A DNA stretch of 64,000 nucleotides, taken from the NCBI RefSeq assembly GCF_000143415.4, contig NW_003314266.1:382733-446732 (forward strand), written 5' to 3'. Every line of letters starts with the position of its first letter. Positions within the stretch are counted from its first letter, which is position 1. Shown in pieces: positions 11,166-22,887 of the stretch. This DNA comes from Selaginella moellendorffii (lineage: Eukaryota > Plantae > Lycopodiophyta). Position numbers and translations under genes: made by a program. Under the pieces are notes generated by a model. It saw only the letters and a program-made list of their open reading frames with translations, searched no databases and was not told where the DNA came from.

Positions 11166-14100
11166 ATGGTAAGTCTTTTAGACCAAGTAGAAAATGGCAT
11201 GAGGCCATATGCCATTCAGTAGCAACATTGGCATGCACCGATTGGGCTCTCGAGTGCAGTCCGGTTACAGATGGCGTGTAGCCTCACGCCATCTTAGGAT
11301 GCAGCCTCAAGACATCTGATGCAGTGGTGAATGGCGTGTGGCCTCACGTTATTTCCAGCTGCTAGCTTTTCATCTGTCAGCTCTAATTGTTGTGCATTTC
11401 TGAACAGGCGAGGAATTGCGTTCTTCTTCCAGCCACTGTCAATGTGGATGCAGAGAAGGGGGAGGAGCTCACCAGTTGGACTTTCGGGATGGAAGGCGAG
11501 GATCTGATGCTGTACAACACAGATGGTGGGAGAAAAGAATGCATGGGGATCCTCATCCAAGTGACAGACACTCCATGCAGTTCCATGCAAGAATATGGAC
11601 TGGCACTTGTGGTAGAGACAGCGTCCGCCTTCAAGATCCACCTTGCACATCCTAGCGGCTTCCCGGAGGGGGGCAGCGGCTATGAGGAATTCCTAGAGGG
11701 AGCTAGGGAGAGGTTGTCCAGGAGGCCCACAATTTCAAAGACGCTGCGGGTCTATGAAGATCACATGGAATCCACGGACCTCACCTACGGCGATGTTCAA
11801 AAACTATATTCCAACATTGAGCCGTTGAGAGTGCCTCCAGTTTGCGAAGCGAAGGGGAAGGGGGTCGATCTGGAAACTACCCCGAAGCAGAAAAGGGTGG
11901 TCAAGCTCAAGCCGATGTCCGACTCTGCTGCTCCAAAAAAGAAGCTACTCGGTGATGCCATTGCCTCGGGTTCGAACACTACACCCACCAAAAAGAAGAG
12001 CCGCAAAGAGCAGAAAGAGCAAGAAGAGGCAGCAAAAATCGTCGCAGATAATAGTACTTGTTACTATTCCAACAAAGTATATACAATTGACGTGAGCCGT
12101 ATCGACATCCAAAGCAAATACAACCACAGGCTAGTATCTGATGAGTGGGTGGAGAAACTGAAGCAGAAGATGCTGGCAAGTCCAGTAACACCCGACATCG
12201 CAGACGTGATCCCCTACTACCGAACAATGAAGGGCGAGACGAGGTTTCCAGACTTGATCAATAGGAAGGTGTTGGACGATCAGAACATCCGGTTCTATGC
12301 CGTCTCCGGGCAGCATTCTAACTTGGCGATGCAAGAGATAGTTGTGGATATTATGGTGGGGGAGGAGGTGAAGAAAGTCTTCAAGACAAGAGTTGTCCGC
12401 CTGATAAAAGGCAACTCGCCCCTCCGATCTATCATATACATCTCCCACGCGCAGAATGTCAAGCAAGAAACGTGCTACAAATCGGGTCTGCACGAGACAT
12501 TGGCACGAACACGGAAGCTCTGGGTTCAACTGAAGAAGCCACAAAAACCAGGACAAGGACATGCACTAGCAACTAGCGCCTGGCAGGTAAGCCTCGTTGC
12601 ATGTGGCATAGCATGTGGCCTCACGCCATTTCCATTGCAGGAATTCTCGAGTCTTCTCTCGAAAACACTGGGGGTCAATGACACACTCAGCATCCATAAC
12701 ATTCTACTCGCGACAAAAGTTGTTTTTGACAAATGGGTAGATGTGCTGAGGAGGTACCATGACGGGGAGTTGCTAAACTCAATGGGTGTGGAGGACGGCC
12801 GGAAGCCCAATGATTTGAAGCTCAACGCCTTGCGTTTCTCGCGGTCTCTAGACGACGACGACCTTCTGACAGTGGCTAATGCTCTTCTACGTGGTGAGGT
12901 AGTCTTCAACAAGACCAAAATGACTCCCGGCCATATTGTGACATACGAGGACTTGTGCACGACTCTGAGAGCTCGTGCGCTATTGAAGGATTGGATCTTC
13001 GAGCAAGTGGCCGTGGCGAGGGTGAGCATCGACACCACGCAAGAGATGATGGAAGAGCTGGACTTGTCAAATGAAGACATCGACGAGTACGTGAAGGGGG
13101 CCCCCAAGTTCATCGATCTGCTGCGGGATGCCACGAAAAGTAAAGCTGAGAAGTTGGATCAGTATCCAAATTTCATTAAGAGGGATGTCGACTGCCGGCT
13201 TCAGAAACAGCTCGACCCCGCAGCAGAGGCCTATCGAGAACCTTACCGGGTATACGTGAATTCGGATGAGGATCAAAGGTGGAGGAGCATCGTTTCCCGC
13301 GGAGATGAGCAAGTCAAGAACATCTTTTGTGTGATGGACTTCACAAACGAGGAGATCACTCATGCAGACGAAGTCAGCTCCATCATTGACTTAATGGTGG
13401 GACTTGCGGAGGTGGAATCTTCAGTCCACTATATGATCTACGACTCCGAATCCTATCACAAGTTCTGGAAGGCCTTGAACGAGGTGAAGGCTCGGTTGAA
13501 AGGCAAGGAGATGCGGGAGATCCATGGGATAATGGCTAAGAAGAAGATACCGACGAATGTCCGCATCTTCACAGTCGCCCTTGTTATTGGTCCTGCAGCA
13601 GAGTGGGACTGGAGTGACTTCCCAGCTTCGTTCAACAAAGCCGATCGAATTGATCTGAGGGAGGTCAATTTACCCGTGCCTGAGGAACTGAAGACGGCTA
13701 TGGAGCTTTCGAATCCAAAGAAAGCTCCAGGTGCAGCATGGGAAATGCTCAGCTGGGTCTTCAACGCAATAGCGGGTGACTCCAAGGGCAAATGCGTTGT
13801 CGAGTACAACTGCGGCGGACTATTCTTTCGAGCCGCACTACTCAAGGGTGTCCCGTGTGTTGCGGTGACAAACTCCATTGAAGAGGTGACTTCAATGGAG
13901 CATATAATTACAGTTGCCAAAGAAAAACAGTATCTTCTCTACGAACTTGGTGAGTACGCACTTTAAGTTTAAATGTTATCTCACAAGCTCTGTATGCAGG
14001 AGCGTGGCCACCCCCAGATGCTGAAACGGCGTTAACAGCTACTGATGTTAGGCCGAGGTCACAACCTGCACAAGGTAAGGTCACGTGAGGCCTCACGCCA

Positions 14101-16769
14101 TTTTGATTATAGATCGTTGTGAATATTCAGACACGAGGACTGAAAAGTGCACTGGTGGCGCGTCGAAGAAGGACAAACAGACAAGCAATAGGAAAAAAGG
14201 AGGTACAAATTATATTTGCAATGGCGTGTGGTCTCATGCCATTCCTTGCAGGAGACACTTCTTCAAAGGCAAAACAGGCAAGCATCAGCCAAGCTCAAAC
14301 TGACAGTGGTCATAAAAAGCGAAAGCACGTTGGACAGTCGTCGGGATCAGAGGCGTTTGATTCGAAAAGGAAGAAGGGCAACGAAAAGATGATAGGTAAT
14401 GCCGCGGTTATGGCGTGTGTGCTCATGCCATTCATTGCAGATCAAGGGCTGAGTGAAAGGAGCCAGTCACCACCTTCTGACTCAGATTCCTATGGCGGAC
14501 TCCCCTTCCCCAATCTCAATGGAGAGGTACAATGGATGAGGGATGCTTTTCAAGTCAGGGCCACATTTTTCTCATCTCGTCGTCTTCGAAAGGTGCAAGA
14601 ACGTGCAGAAACCATGTTAAGACAGTCGGGTGAGGATACGGTCCTAGGTCACGCACTAAAACAGGCTATGGATGTCTTGTATTTTGAGATGGAGACTCGG
14701 CCAGATGATTTTCCCAAGATGGTCCTGGAAAAACAAGCCATCCAGCCTGAGCAGCCTATGGAAGAAATGCAAGAGGGGGATGAGGAGCCAGAGAAAGATA
14801 ATGAGCAGGAAGAGCAGAAGGACGAAGAGGAGGACAAAGAAGAGGAGGACGAAGAAGAGGAGGATAAAGAAGAGGAGGACGAAGAGGACTTGGATGGTCC
14901 TCAAAATGGTGACGATCACAATAACGACGATGACGATGATGACGACGATGGCCAGCCTGAGGTGGCCAAAGAGCAGCGGAGGAAGGTCATACAAGACAAA
15001 CCATCAGGTAAATAATAGTACATCCATTCCTAACCTTTTACCATTTCTAACATTGTCCATGTAGGTCGCAGAAGAAATGGTAAGTAGAGATTATTCAGTT
15101 GAATTAAAATACAAACTCTAGCCTTTAGTGTCGAGGAAGGATAGTGCCAAGCAAGGGTCGAAACGTATGTCCAATCCTTCAGAATCAACAGTGCGCCCAA
15201 GTGATATCGGTCCTAGTTCCTCAATAGCAGTTGATGGTAAATACAGTATAGTCGATTCAATGTGCTAATGAGTTTGTTTTTAGTAGCACGGGAGGATACC
15301 ATCTCAATCGAAGGGAGATATTTGGACATGCATATGGATCCGCCAGTGGACTCTACTTGCCTGCAAGAGTCATCAGAGCTGGTGGAGGCTACTATCCATA
15401 TCAACGCCAAGCAAGCTGACCACGCTCCACTTGATGCTGCCCATACCACTGAGTCAATCTTGTCCACGTATCCAACTGACGGTGACCAGGTGCCATTGGA
15501 CCCGCATGAGGCCGCCCCAGCTGCCGAGCCGGTCGTATCCTCATTTCCAACGTGTGCCCAATCGTCTGACTACGCGCCGTTGGAACCTCCCTACACCGCC
15601 CCTGCTGCCTGTTTGGTCATGTCCACTTTGCCAACGGAGGCACCAGCTGAAATGGCGTGTGATCACACGCCATCGAAACCACCCCATGCCACTGTTGAGC
15701 CAGTTGTACCAGAGTCTACAGCTGAAATGGCATGTGCCCACACGCCATCGGATGCGATTGACCCCACATTGCAGAGGAGAGTATTTCCGCCCTTCACGTT
15801 TCCTCGACCAAAACCCTCTGAACGACCATCGGGAGCACCATTCGCTAATATTGTAGATGGTAAAATTGACTTGTACCATTTTTTATGCTGACGCATTTCA
15901 TTTCAGAGTCACGGCGAAAGTACTATATCGTTTTTGATCTGAACGGTGTCCTTTTCTCCCATGAGCGTGGCTCGTCCTCGAATGTCACTGCACCCTCCAA
16001 AGCCTGCGGTCGCAAGTTGGTCAAAAGAGACAGATTCACATTAATCACACGGGAGAAACTGCGGGATCTAATAATGACCATGCGACACTTAAAACAGAGG
16101 GCCGGGTTCAATTTGCAATTGGGAGTTTGGACATCCATGATGCGCCACAATGCATTAACGTTGCTACAGATGATGCACGATCAGACGCGAGTAATATTAC
16201 CATTTGACTTTCTCCTAACGCAGGAGGATTGCTTGACTATGGTCCATGTGAGGGGTAGCAAGCCCATCTTCGTCAAGGCAGAGGCTGTAGTGATGAACCG
16301 GACTGCTAGGTCAAGTGAAATCCTCATCATCGATGACTCGCCGATTAAAACTGCAGCGAACACGCACACATATGCAGTGCACCCCATCTCTTGCAGTATG
16401 GAAACTAGGGAGAAGAAACCGTATGTTCTGGGGGACCTTGCAAAACGGCTTGAAGCGATGGTGATAGAGAACCGGCCAGTCCAGGAGGTGGTTGCAGAAA
16501 TCAACCAAATGGCAGATGGAACGGTATATCAGAAGCCATTTGATCAGACAGACACCAGTCATCATTTATGGCATGTATATTGTCTAGCCAAGCACTATCC
16601 GCATCTCCATAATCTGCTCAACCGGATGGGTTCTTCGACCACTGAACATGAGCGTGGACGTATTAGAGAAGAGATGGCATTACTATTGGGTTTAAATCCT
16701 GATAGTGTGGAGAGTGATGAAATTCCAAGATTATTGTATAGGCGTTGGAGGCAAAAAATAACAGTCTGA
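11166..16769 (+). CDS. Multi-exon gene: ParB/Sulfiredoxin-like domain + degenerate amino-MTase-like domain + acidic low-complexity region + FCP1/NIF-like HAD domain
   Basis: ATG at 11166 is followed by GT-AG introns 11169-11407, 12587-12640, 13950-13999, 14075-14112, 14203-14251 and 14396-14440 that keep the frame, plus further short introns to ~15906. ParB-like motifs: TIDVSRIDIQSKYNHRLVSDEWVEKLKQKM and FYAVSGQHS. MTase-like tail: EMLSWVFNAIAGDSKGKCVVEYNCGGLFFRAALLKGVPCVAV. HAD motifs: IVFDLNGVL, VWTS, FVK and LIIDDSPIK. Confidence 0.72.
15885..16769 (+). CDS. FCP1/NIF-like HAD-superfamily phosphatase-like domain (probably the last exon of the 11166 gene)
   Basis: 294-aa ORF with DLNGVL (DxN variant of DxDxT/V), GVWTSM, KPIFVK and ILIIDDSPIK; splice acceptor tttcag at ~15906. 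Confidence 0.78.
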   Translation: MLTHFISESRRKYYIVFDLNGVLFSHERGSSSNVTAPSKACGRKLVKRDRFTLITREKLRDLIMTMRHLKQRAGFNLQLGVWTSMMRHNALTLLQMMHDQTRVILPFDFLLTQEDCLTMVHVRGSKPIFVKAEAVVMNRTARSSEILIIDDSPIKTAANTHTYAVHPISCSMETREKKPYVLGDLAKRLEAMVIENRPVQEVVAEINQMADGTVYQKPFDQTDTSHHLWHVYCLAKHYPHLHNLLNRMGSSTTEHERGRIREEMALLLGLNPDSVESDEIPRLLYRRWRQKITV

Positions 16770-17187
16770 GATGGCATGTATTTATTTAAAAATGTAACTT
16801 ATTATGGCATGGGGTTCCATGCCATTGTATTAATATTAAAAGACAATTCTTTGAGAGGATTTGCATTATACTAGAAGTGTTACAGCATGTTATTGGAAGT
16901 CTGCGAAGTTGTTTTATTAATAAGGGGAAAGTAAAGACTGAATGGGGACTTGGGCTCCACCTAGACTCGGAGCAACTGAGCCAATATTAAAAGGATGGAA
17001 AGAAATTGGATGACGATGACAAGGAGAAGAGAGAGGTGAAGCAGTGGCAGGGGGAGGAGAAGTGATTGAGTAGACATTTCCTTGTTTAAAATAAAATGGC
17101 ATGTGCCTCAATGCAATTGAATTTTGTTATATTTATATACTATATAAAGGTTTGGAAACCTTATTTTACAAGTGGGATAATGACAAT

Positions 17188-17209
17188 TCCCACTTTAACG
17201 AAATAGAGC
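17188..17209 (-). repeat. Right terminal inverted repeat, overlapping a subterminal hairpin (17170-17195)
   Basis: TCCCACTTTAACGAAATAGAGC; hairpin AAGTGGGA-taatgacaat-TCCCACTT. Confidence 0.92.
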
Positions 17210-17570
17210 TTATCCCCTTCTGTTCGGAACCTATACTACTAACAAGAGGTGGTAGCTCGAAGAAAATGTTGCGGATGGAAGCTCACTCACATGCCTATAC
17301 AAAAACAAGTGCACGTCAATTGAGAGGCGTGAAAACTGGAAAGCATTGCTAATAGCTTTGAATATTGCTAAAGTTGGAGCTGGAGTTGGTGAATTCAGCA
17401 TCGACACTAGCATGACTTCTCCACTTGAACTAAAAGAGGACGAGAGGATAACGACTAACTCTTGCTTCACATTCACTTTGGCTAGAGTGCATTTTAGCAT
17501 TTTAACTGGAGATCCAAAAAACTCGAATCTCCTTCGACTTGGAATTCTATAAATCCCATTGTTGTCCACC
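17210..17570 (-). pseudogene. 5' part of the GCM/MULE/SWIM-type transposase-like gene split by the inner element
   Basis: Minus strand reads ...VSELP / NIFFELPPLVSSIGSEQKG, which continues as MDG...HNWCKIKTT from 1811 leftwards. Confidence 0.55.
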
Positions 17571-18708
17571 CTCGCCTACACTAGAAAGAAGAAACTCCAA
17601 GTATGCAACTATACTGGTGTCGTTGCGAATCACAACCTCTAAAGAAATAGAGCCAAGACGAAGATCAAAACGTCGACATAAAAAACTTTTAGAAACAATA
17701 CTCTGAGAGAATGAAAGAGGTGGGTGATCTCAAAAATGAAGAAGAAACCTCTCTATCCTTCTCATTAAGTTTTGGAGTTCTCTCTCTTTATGGTACTTGT
17801 AAAAATCCATAGTGAAACATAATTGAAATTTAAATAGAGCAATAAGAAGACAACATACAAAATGAATTTAAATTCTATAGCAAATTTAACATGTGCAAGT
17901 GTGATAATATTAATATTACTGTTATTATGATGTCTGATGCATGTATACACATATATCCAAGGAAGGATTTTCAGCATGTGAAGTTTGATAGTTAATAATG
18001 ATCCCAGTAATGACATTCTACTATAGCGTATCAAACCAAGAGATCCAATTTGACTGTCAGCACGTGTGATATGTCAAGTTGTCAAATTTTATGTGGTAGA
18101 TGATAATAAATCTTGATAATAAATCTTGTCAAATCTTATTCTTCAATGACAGATTTGATTCGTAGTATAACTCAAGTTTTATTCATAATTGTGAACACTG
18201 CTCAATGACATTTAAAACACGTGCCTATTGTTTAGGATCTAATATAACACAAAATAAATTTCTGGATGAGGATTCATCCATTCATAGATGGATATAGTAC
18301 AATATATTTTAATGTGCCTTATTTATACTCTTTAAAGTTCTTGTAATGGTTCCAAAATATGTACAAAATGTTGATGAGAATGCATCCTTCCTAGATAATT
18401 TGTAAAATATAATATCATATCTCTAATAATAGAAATGTTGATAGGTGCTAGTTATATCATCATTAAACTATACAAAATAAAGAAGCATAATTTACATATA
18501 ATAATAACGATAAGATAAAATAAGATTGAAGATATTGTGATGGTTGAGATTTAGGTTATCCATAATGAACGGCCAGGATGAGAGATTAGTTAGGGTTAGG
18601 GTAGCCATCAGGATTAGGGTTAGGGTAGCTGCCAAGATTAAGTTATTGTTCGCATCGTGAGTGCAGCACGCAAGAGATCAAGAGATTGAGCGCAAAGGAG
18701 ATTGAGGG

Positions 18709-20050
18709 ATTGAATAACCTCGGCCCCTTGGGTGGCCAAACTACCTAAGGTCGAGTGCAGGCCAGCCACCTCGGGTGGCCAAACTGCCTGAGGTCAAGCT
18801 CGGGCCAGCCACCTCGGGTAGTTTCGCCTCCTGAGGGCCCGAGGTTATTTGAATAACCTCAGCCCCTCGGGTGGCCAAACTGCACGAGGTCGAGCGTGGG
18901 CTGGCCACCTTGGGCAGTTTGGTCGCCCAAGGGGCAAGGTTATTTGAATAACCTCGGCCCCTCGGGTGGCCAAACTGCCCGAGGTCAAGGTCAAGTCGGC
19001 CACCTCGGGCAGTATTGCTACGGTCATAACGACGGCCCCTTGGGTGGCCAAACTACCCAAGGTCAAGCTTGGGCTGGCCACCTCGAGCAGTTTTGCTACC
19101 CAAGGGGTCGAGGTTATTTGAATAACCTCGGCCCCTCGGGCGACCAAACTGCCTGAGGTGGCCGGCCCGCAGCCGACCTCGGGCAGTTTGGCCACCCAAA
19201 GGGCCGAGTTTATTCAAATAAGCTCGACCCCTTGGGTAGCAAAACTGCTCGAGGTGGCTGGCCCAAGCTCGACCTTAGGCAGTTTGGCCACCCAAGGGGC
19301 CGTGGTTATGACCTTAGGTAGTTTGGCCACCTGAGGGGCCGAAGTTATTCAAATAACCTCGGCCCCTCGGGTGGCCAAACTGCCCGAGGTCGAGTGCAGG
19401 CCGGCCACCTCGGGCAGTTTGGTCACCCGAGGGGCCAAGGTTATTTCAATAACTTTGGACCCTTAGGTGGCAAAATTGCCCAAGGTCCAGTGTGGGCTGG
19501 CCACCTCGGGCAGTTTGGTCGCCCGAGGGGCCGAGGTTATTTCAATAACCTCGGCCCCTCGGGTGGCCAAACTGCCCAAGGTCAACTATGGGCTGGCCAC
19601 CTCAGGCAGTTTTGCTGCCCGAGGGGCCAAGGTTATTTGAATAACCTCAGCCCCTTGGGTGGCCAAACTACTAGAGGTCAACTGCAGGCCGGCCACCTTG
19701 GGCAGTTTGGTTACCTGAGGGGCCAAGGTTATTTGAATAACCTCGGCCCCTCGGGTGGCCAAATTGCCCGTGGTCGAGCGCGGGCCAGCCACCTCAGGTA
19801 GTTTTGCTGCCCGAGGGGCTGAGGTTATTTGAATAACCTCGGCCCCTCGGGTAGCCAAACTGCCCGAGGTCGAGCGTGGGCTGGCCACCTCGGGTAGTTT
19901 GGTCGCCCAATGGCCCGAAGGGCCGAGGTTATTTGAATAACATTGGCCCCTTAGATGGCCAAAGTGCCTGAGGTTGAGCCCGGGCCAGCCACCTCAAGCA
20001 CTTTGGCTGCCTAGGGGCTAAGGTTATTTGAATAACCTTGGCCCCCTAAG
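18709..20050. repeat. 96-bp tandem array (~14 units), each unit a long hairpin joined by the palindrome GGTTATTTGAATAACC
   Basis: The anchor recurs at 19439, 19535, 19631, 19727 and 19823 (96-bp period). Arms CCTCGGCCCCTCGGGTGGCCAAACTGCCCGAGGT and ACCTCGGGCAGTTTGGTCGCCCGAGGGGCCGAGG are near-complementary. A short inverted block lies at ~19140-19350. Confidence 0.92.
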
Positions 20051-22887
20051 CAACTAAAGTGTTCGAGGTTGAATGTAGGCCCACTTGATTTTTTTTTTCT
20101 CTTTGACTGTTTGAATTTCTTATTATCTTTATTTTGTTTGACTAAAAATTTTTCTCTTGCAAAAAAGGAAAATTGTAGCACATAGAAAGGTTGTTGGAGA
20201 CAAGAAGACATGAGAAGTTCAATTCGGCACTGGCGACAAGATCACAATCGACATGTCTATTGGCACATCAATAGATACATGTTTACTTAGAGATTCACTG
20301 CCTCCTCCCCCATCACCTCCACCATCACCACCTCCACCACTGCCATCACCACCTCCAGCACCACCACCACCTCCTCCACCACCACCATCGCCACCGCCAC
20401 CACCACCGTTGCCACCACCACTACCACTATTGCCTCTACCCTTGCCGCCACCGCCACCACCACCACCCCCACCATCATCACTGCCACCTCCACCTTTACT
20501 CCTCACTAGCCCACCACTAGCGCAAATCCCTTAAGTTGGGCAATCTAGTGGTGTTCACGATAGGGAACCTGAGGAACAGCCTGGAACTGAAAGAGTTGCA
20601 AACCTTTCTGACAACGTGGTGGACAAGCACTTCCAAAAGACTGTTATGCGGACAAGGGAAAAAGCAGTTCACCAAACACTTGAGGCGCTCAAGTAGCCAG
20701 GCCCTTGTGACTTGATAAGAGAAATCCCCTTTTACCATTTGCAGCAGATGAACCTTGTTTACATAGCATCCAAGTATGTCAACCCGGACATATATAGCTT
20801 GTTCAAACAGAATGGCTTTGCAACAAATATCAGTATGTGTCTAGTCTCTTTTTGCAAGCTAGGAACAATGAAGATCATTACCATCACACCCAAGATTATG
20901 AATAGCTGGGATCCTATTTGGAGGAGAAAGTCCCTGGAATTTGATGACATGCTTATCAAACATCCTGAGACTCAACAACTTGCGGGGACAATGTTCCAAA
21001 TTATTGACGGTAACCACCAATATGGAGCTTGGATGAAGTGAATCGACGATCATTTTCGTGATGATCCCATCTACCATATCAACATTTCAATCGGCCTGTG
21101 TACGTGAGGGGACCTTTGGATGTTAATAGACTTATCTTGGCCTGCCAAAAGATCAATGCATAAATTTTATAATTTTACCTCTAACTTCACTTTAACTTGT
21201 TTTGTCATGTTTAAATGCAAGCTTGGGCAGTTTGCTGTTCAAGAGCAAAACTTTGTCTATGACATTGAGCAACTACAATTTTTGGCAAACTTGACATCTG
21301 CCAACATTATGGTGATGATCTCGCAACACTTGTTTGGCACTCACGCATTCGAAATGACGGTACAACTTGGTTCAACAACCTAATCAGTTTTATGCTTGAT
21401 GTATGGTGTAAGGTATGTCTTTCCCTTTTATTTTATAAAAGCCTCTTTTAATTGTTTTGGTTTTTAGCCTTTGGTGAAGGTCAAGCAAAATGCTTACGAA
21501 CTTGCATATCCAGAGAAGAGTCGGGAAGAGTTCTCAGCTGAGTTCGTTCAAATTCAGCACAAAATTCAGCATGCAAAATCCTCAAAGTTGAAGAAACTAG
21601 TATGCATAACAGACAATCGCAGGCCAAAGGAGTGGCTAGAGACTATAGCCGAAATTTCTTCTCATGAATATAACTTTCTTATCTCACTTCATTTTTCTCA
21701 ATTATGCATATGTTACTTTTGCAGTGAACAAAACTCCAGATGACATGATTTACAATATCGCAAAATCAAAACTTTCATATAAGCAACAAATAGAGACTCT
21801 GGAGTTCCTCAATGTCTGCTTGATGAATAGAGAGAAAGGACTGCCAGAACTATTTGAGAATATAATGAGAAGGGCTGTCTACATCATGCAAACTATAAGT
21901 GAATGTGAGAAGTTCTTGGCACCACACATTAGTGACGATCCAAATGGCACATTCATATATTTCGACACCTACATTAATACATCATTGGAAGGGATTGAAG
22001 AGGGGTGGCTGCCAAAAAAGTCTACAAGGACAACAACTTATGATTGCTAACATGGTCAGCCTTATTTCATGCGATGTGTAGCTTACAGGTATAATATGAT
22101 TTCTAAGACTTTTTTTAAATATATATTGTTTACAGGTATCTTTGATATAAAGGCATGCCATTTGAGGCACTAGTTTGCACTCGACTTGTTACAAAGGGTG
22201 TAAGGGATGGAGGAATATACCCAACAATGTTTGTGAGAGTTCCGAAGGCATGGAAGATAGAATGCCCTTGGGAGTTGGAGCTCCTAGGGAAGGAGACCTT
22301 TACACTAGATCACGAGGAAGTTGTCAATACTAGCAATAATGGCAATGCAAGTGACGATGGAGATGGGGATAAGGAAGCTCCAGATCAAGTTCATGTTCCA
22401 CCACCAAACAGCCAGGATCAAGCTCCAATTCAACTATCAAACAACCATGATTCGGATCAAGTTCTACCAGTAAATAATGATGATCAAGTGGTTCATAGAA
22501 TATCACGTCGACCACAAGGTAAGCAAAAGTGAATTTTACAAACTAAAGGTGGTAATACATGTTTTTTGCAGCAATGACAATGTTATGATCCGGCGCAAAA
22601 AAACAGAGATCTAATCGCCCTAGACTATGCTACGCCACCTCTTAAGGTTCCTCACCACCTAACCACCCTCGAACTACCTCAAAAGCTCCACTATGCTGCC
22701 GCTCCACTGTGAGCCCTAGGGTAGGTTAAGTCCCTTACCCTAACATGCCTTAATATACCCTTGAGCCTCCCTTTGACCGATGTTGACCACGTAATCAAAG
22801 CCGGCGCCTAACAATTCTTCCCCCCCAACAAAGTTCTTGTCCCAATGACTAGTTGTATCGGTGATCACCCTTTCTGGGAAACTCTGC

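Larger units (their letters stand above)
2036..17117. repeat. Dispersed 22-bp imperfect palindrome ATGGCRTG-N6-CAYGCCAT, about 28 copies
   Basis: Copies start near 2036, 2352, 2441, 3039, 3199, 3345, 4687, 4744, 6580, 6650, 6748, 7360, 7435, 10042, 10121, 10280, 10415, 11194, 11271, 11331, 12608, 14080, 14221, 14410, 15652, 15727, 16804 and 17096. They generate the recurring MRPHAI/MACGLMPF peptides in the ORF track. Confidence 0.9.
1812..17209. mobile_element. Large (~15.4 kb; ~13.6 kb without the nested solo LTR) TIR DNA transposon with Sola/DUF7869-like transposase and ParB-like cargo gene
   Basis: Perfect 22-bp inverted termini at 1812-1833 and 17188-17209. The two flanks rejoin into one pseudogene. 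Similarity to a second copy at 61757 ends at the TIR. Internal transposase present. Confidence 0.88.

Noticed and set aside
11387-13966. Bacterial contamination or a prophage partition locus
   Set aside because: The gene has spliceosomal introns and is embedded among plant LTR elements with proper TSDs.
17170-17211. Helitron 3' end (hairpin near terminus)
   Set aside because: No CTRR end and no Rep/helicase; a matching inverted terminus at 1812 indicates a TIR element.
18709-20050. CRISPR array
   Set aside because: Units are whole-length tandem repeats without unique spacers; no cas genes; eukaryotic context.
20219-20534. Extensin or glycine-rich cell-wall gene
   Set aside because: The CCA-repeat tract has no signal peptide or SPPPP-Y pattern; it is better explained as the low-complexity N-terminus of the ParB-MTase pseudogene.
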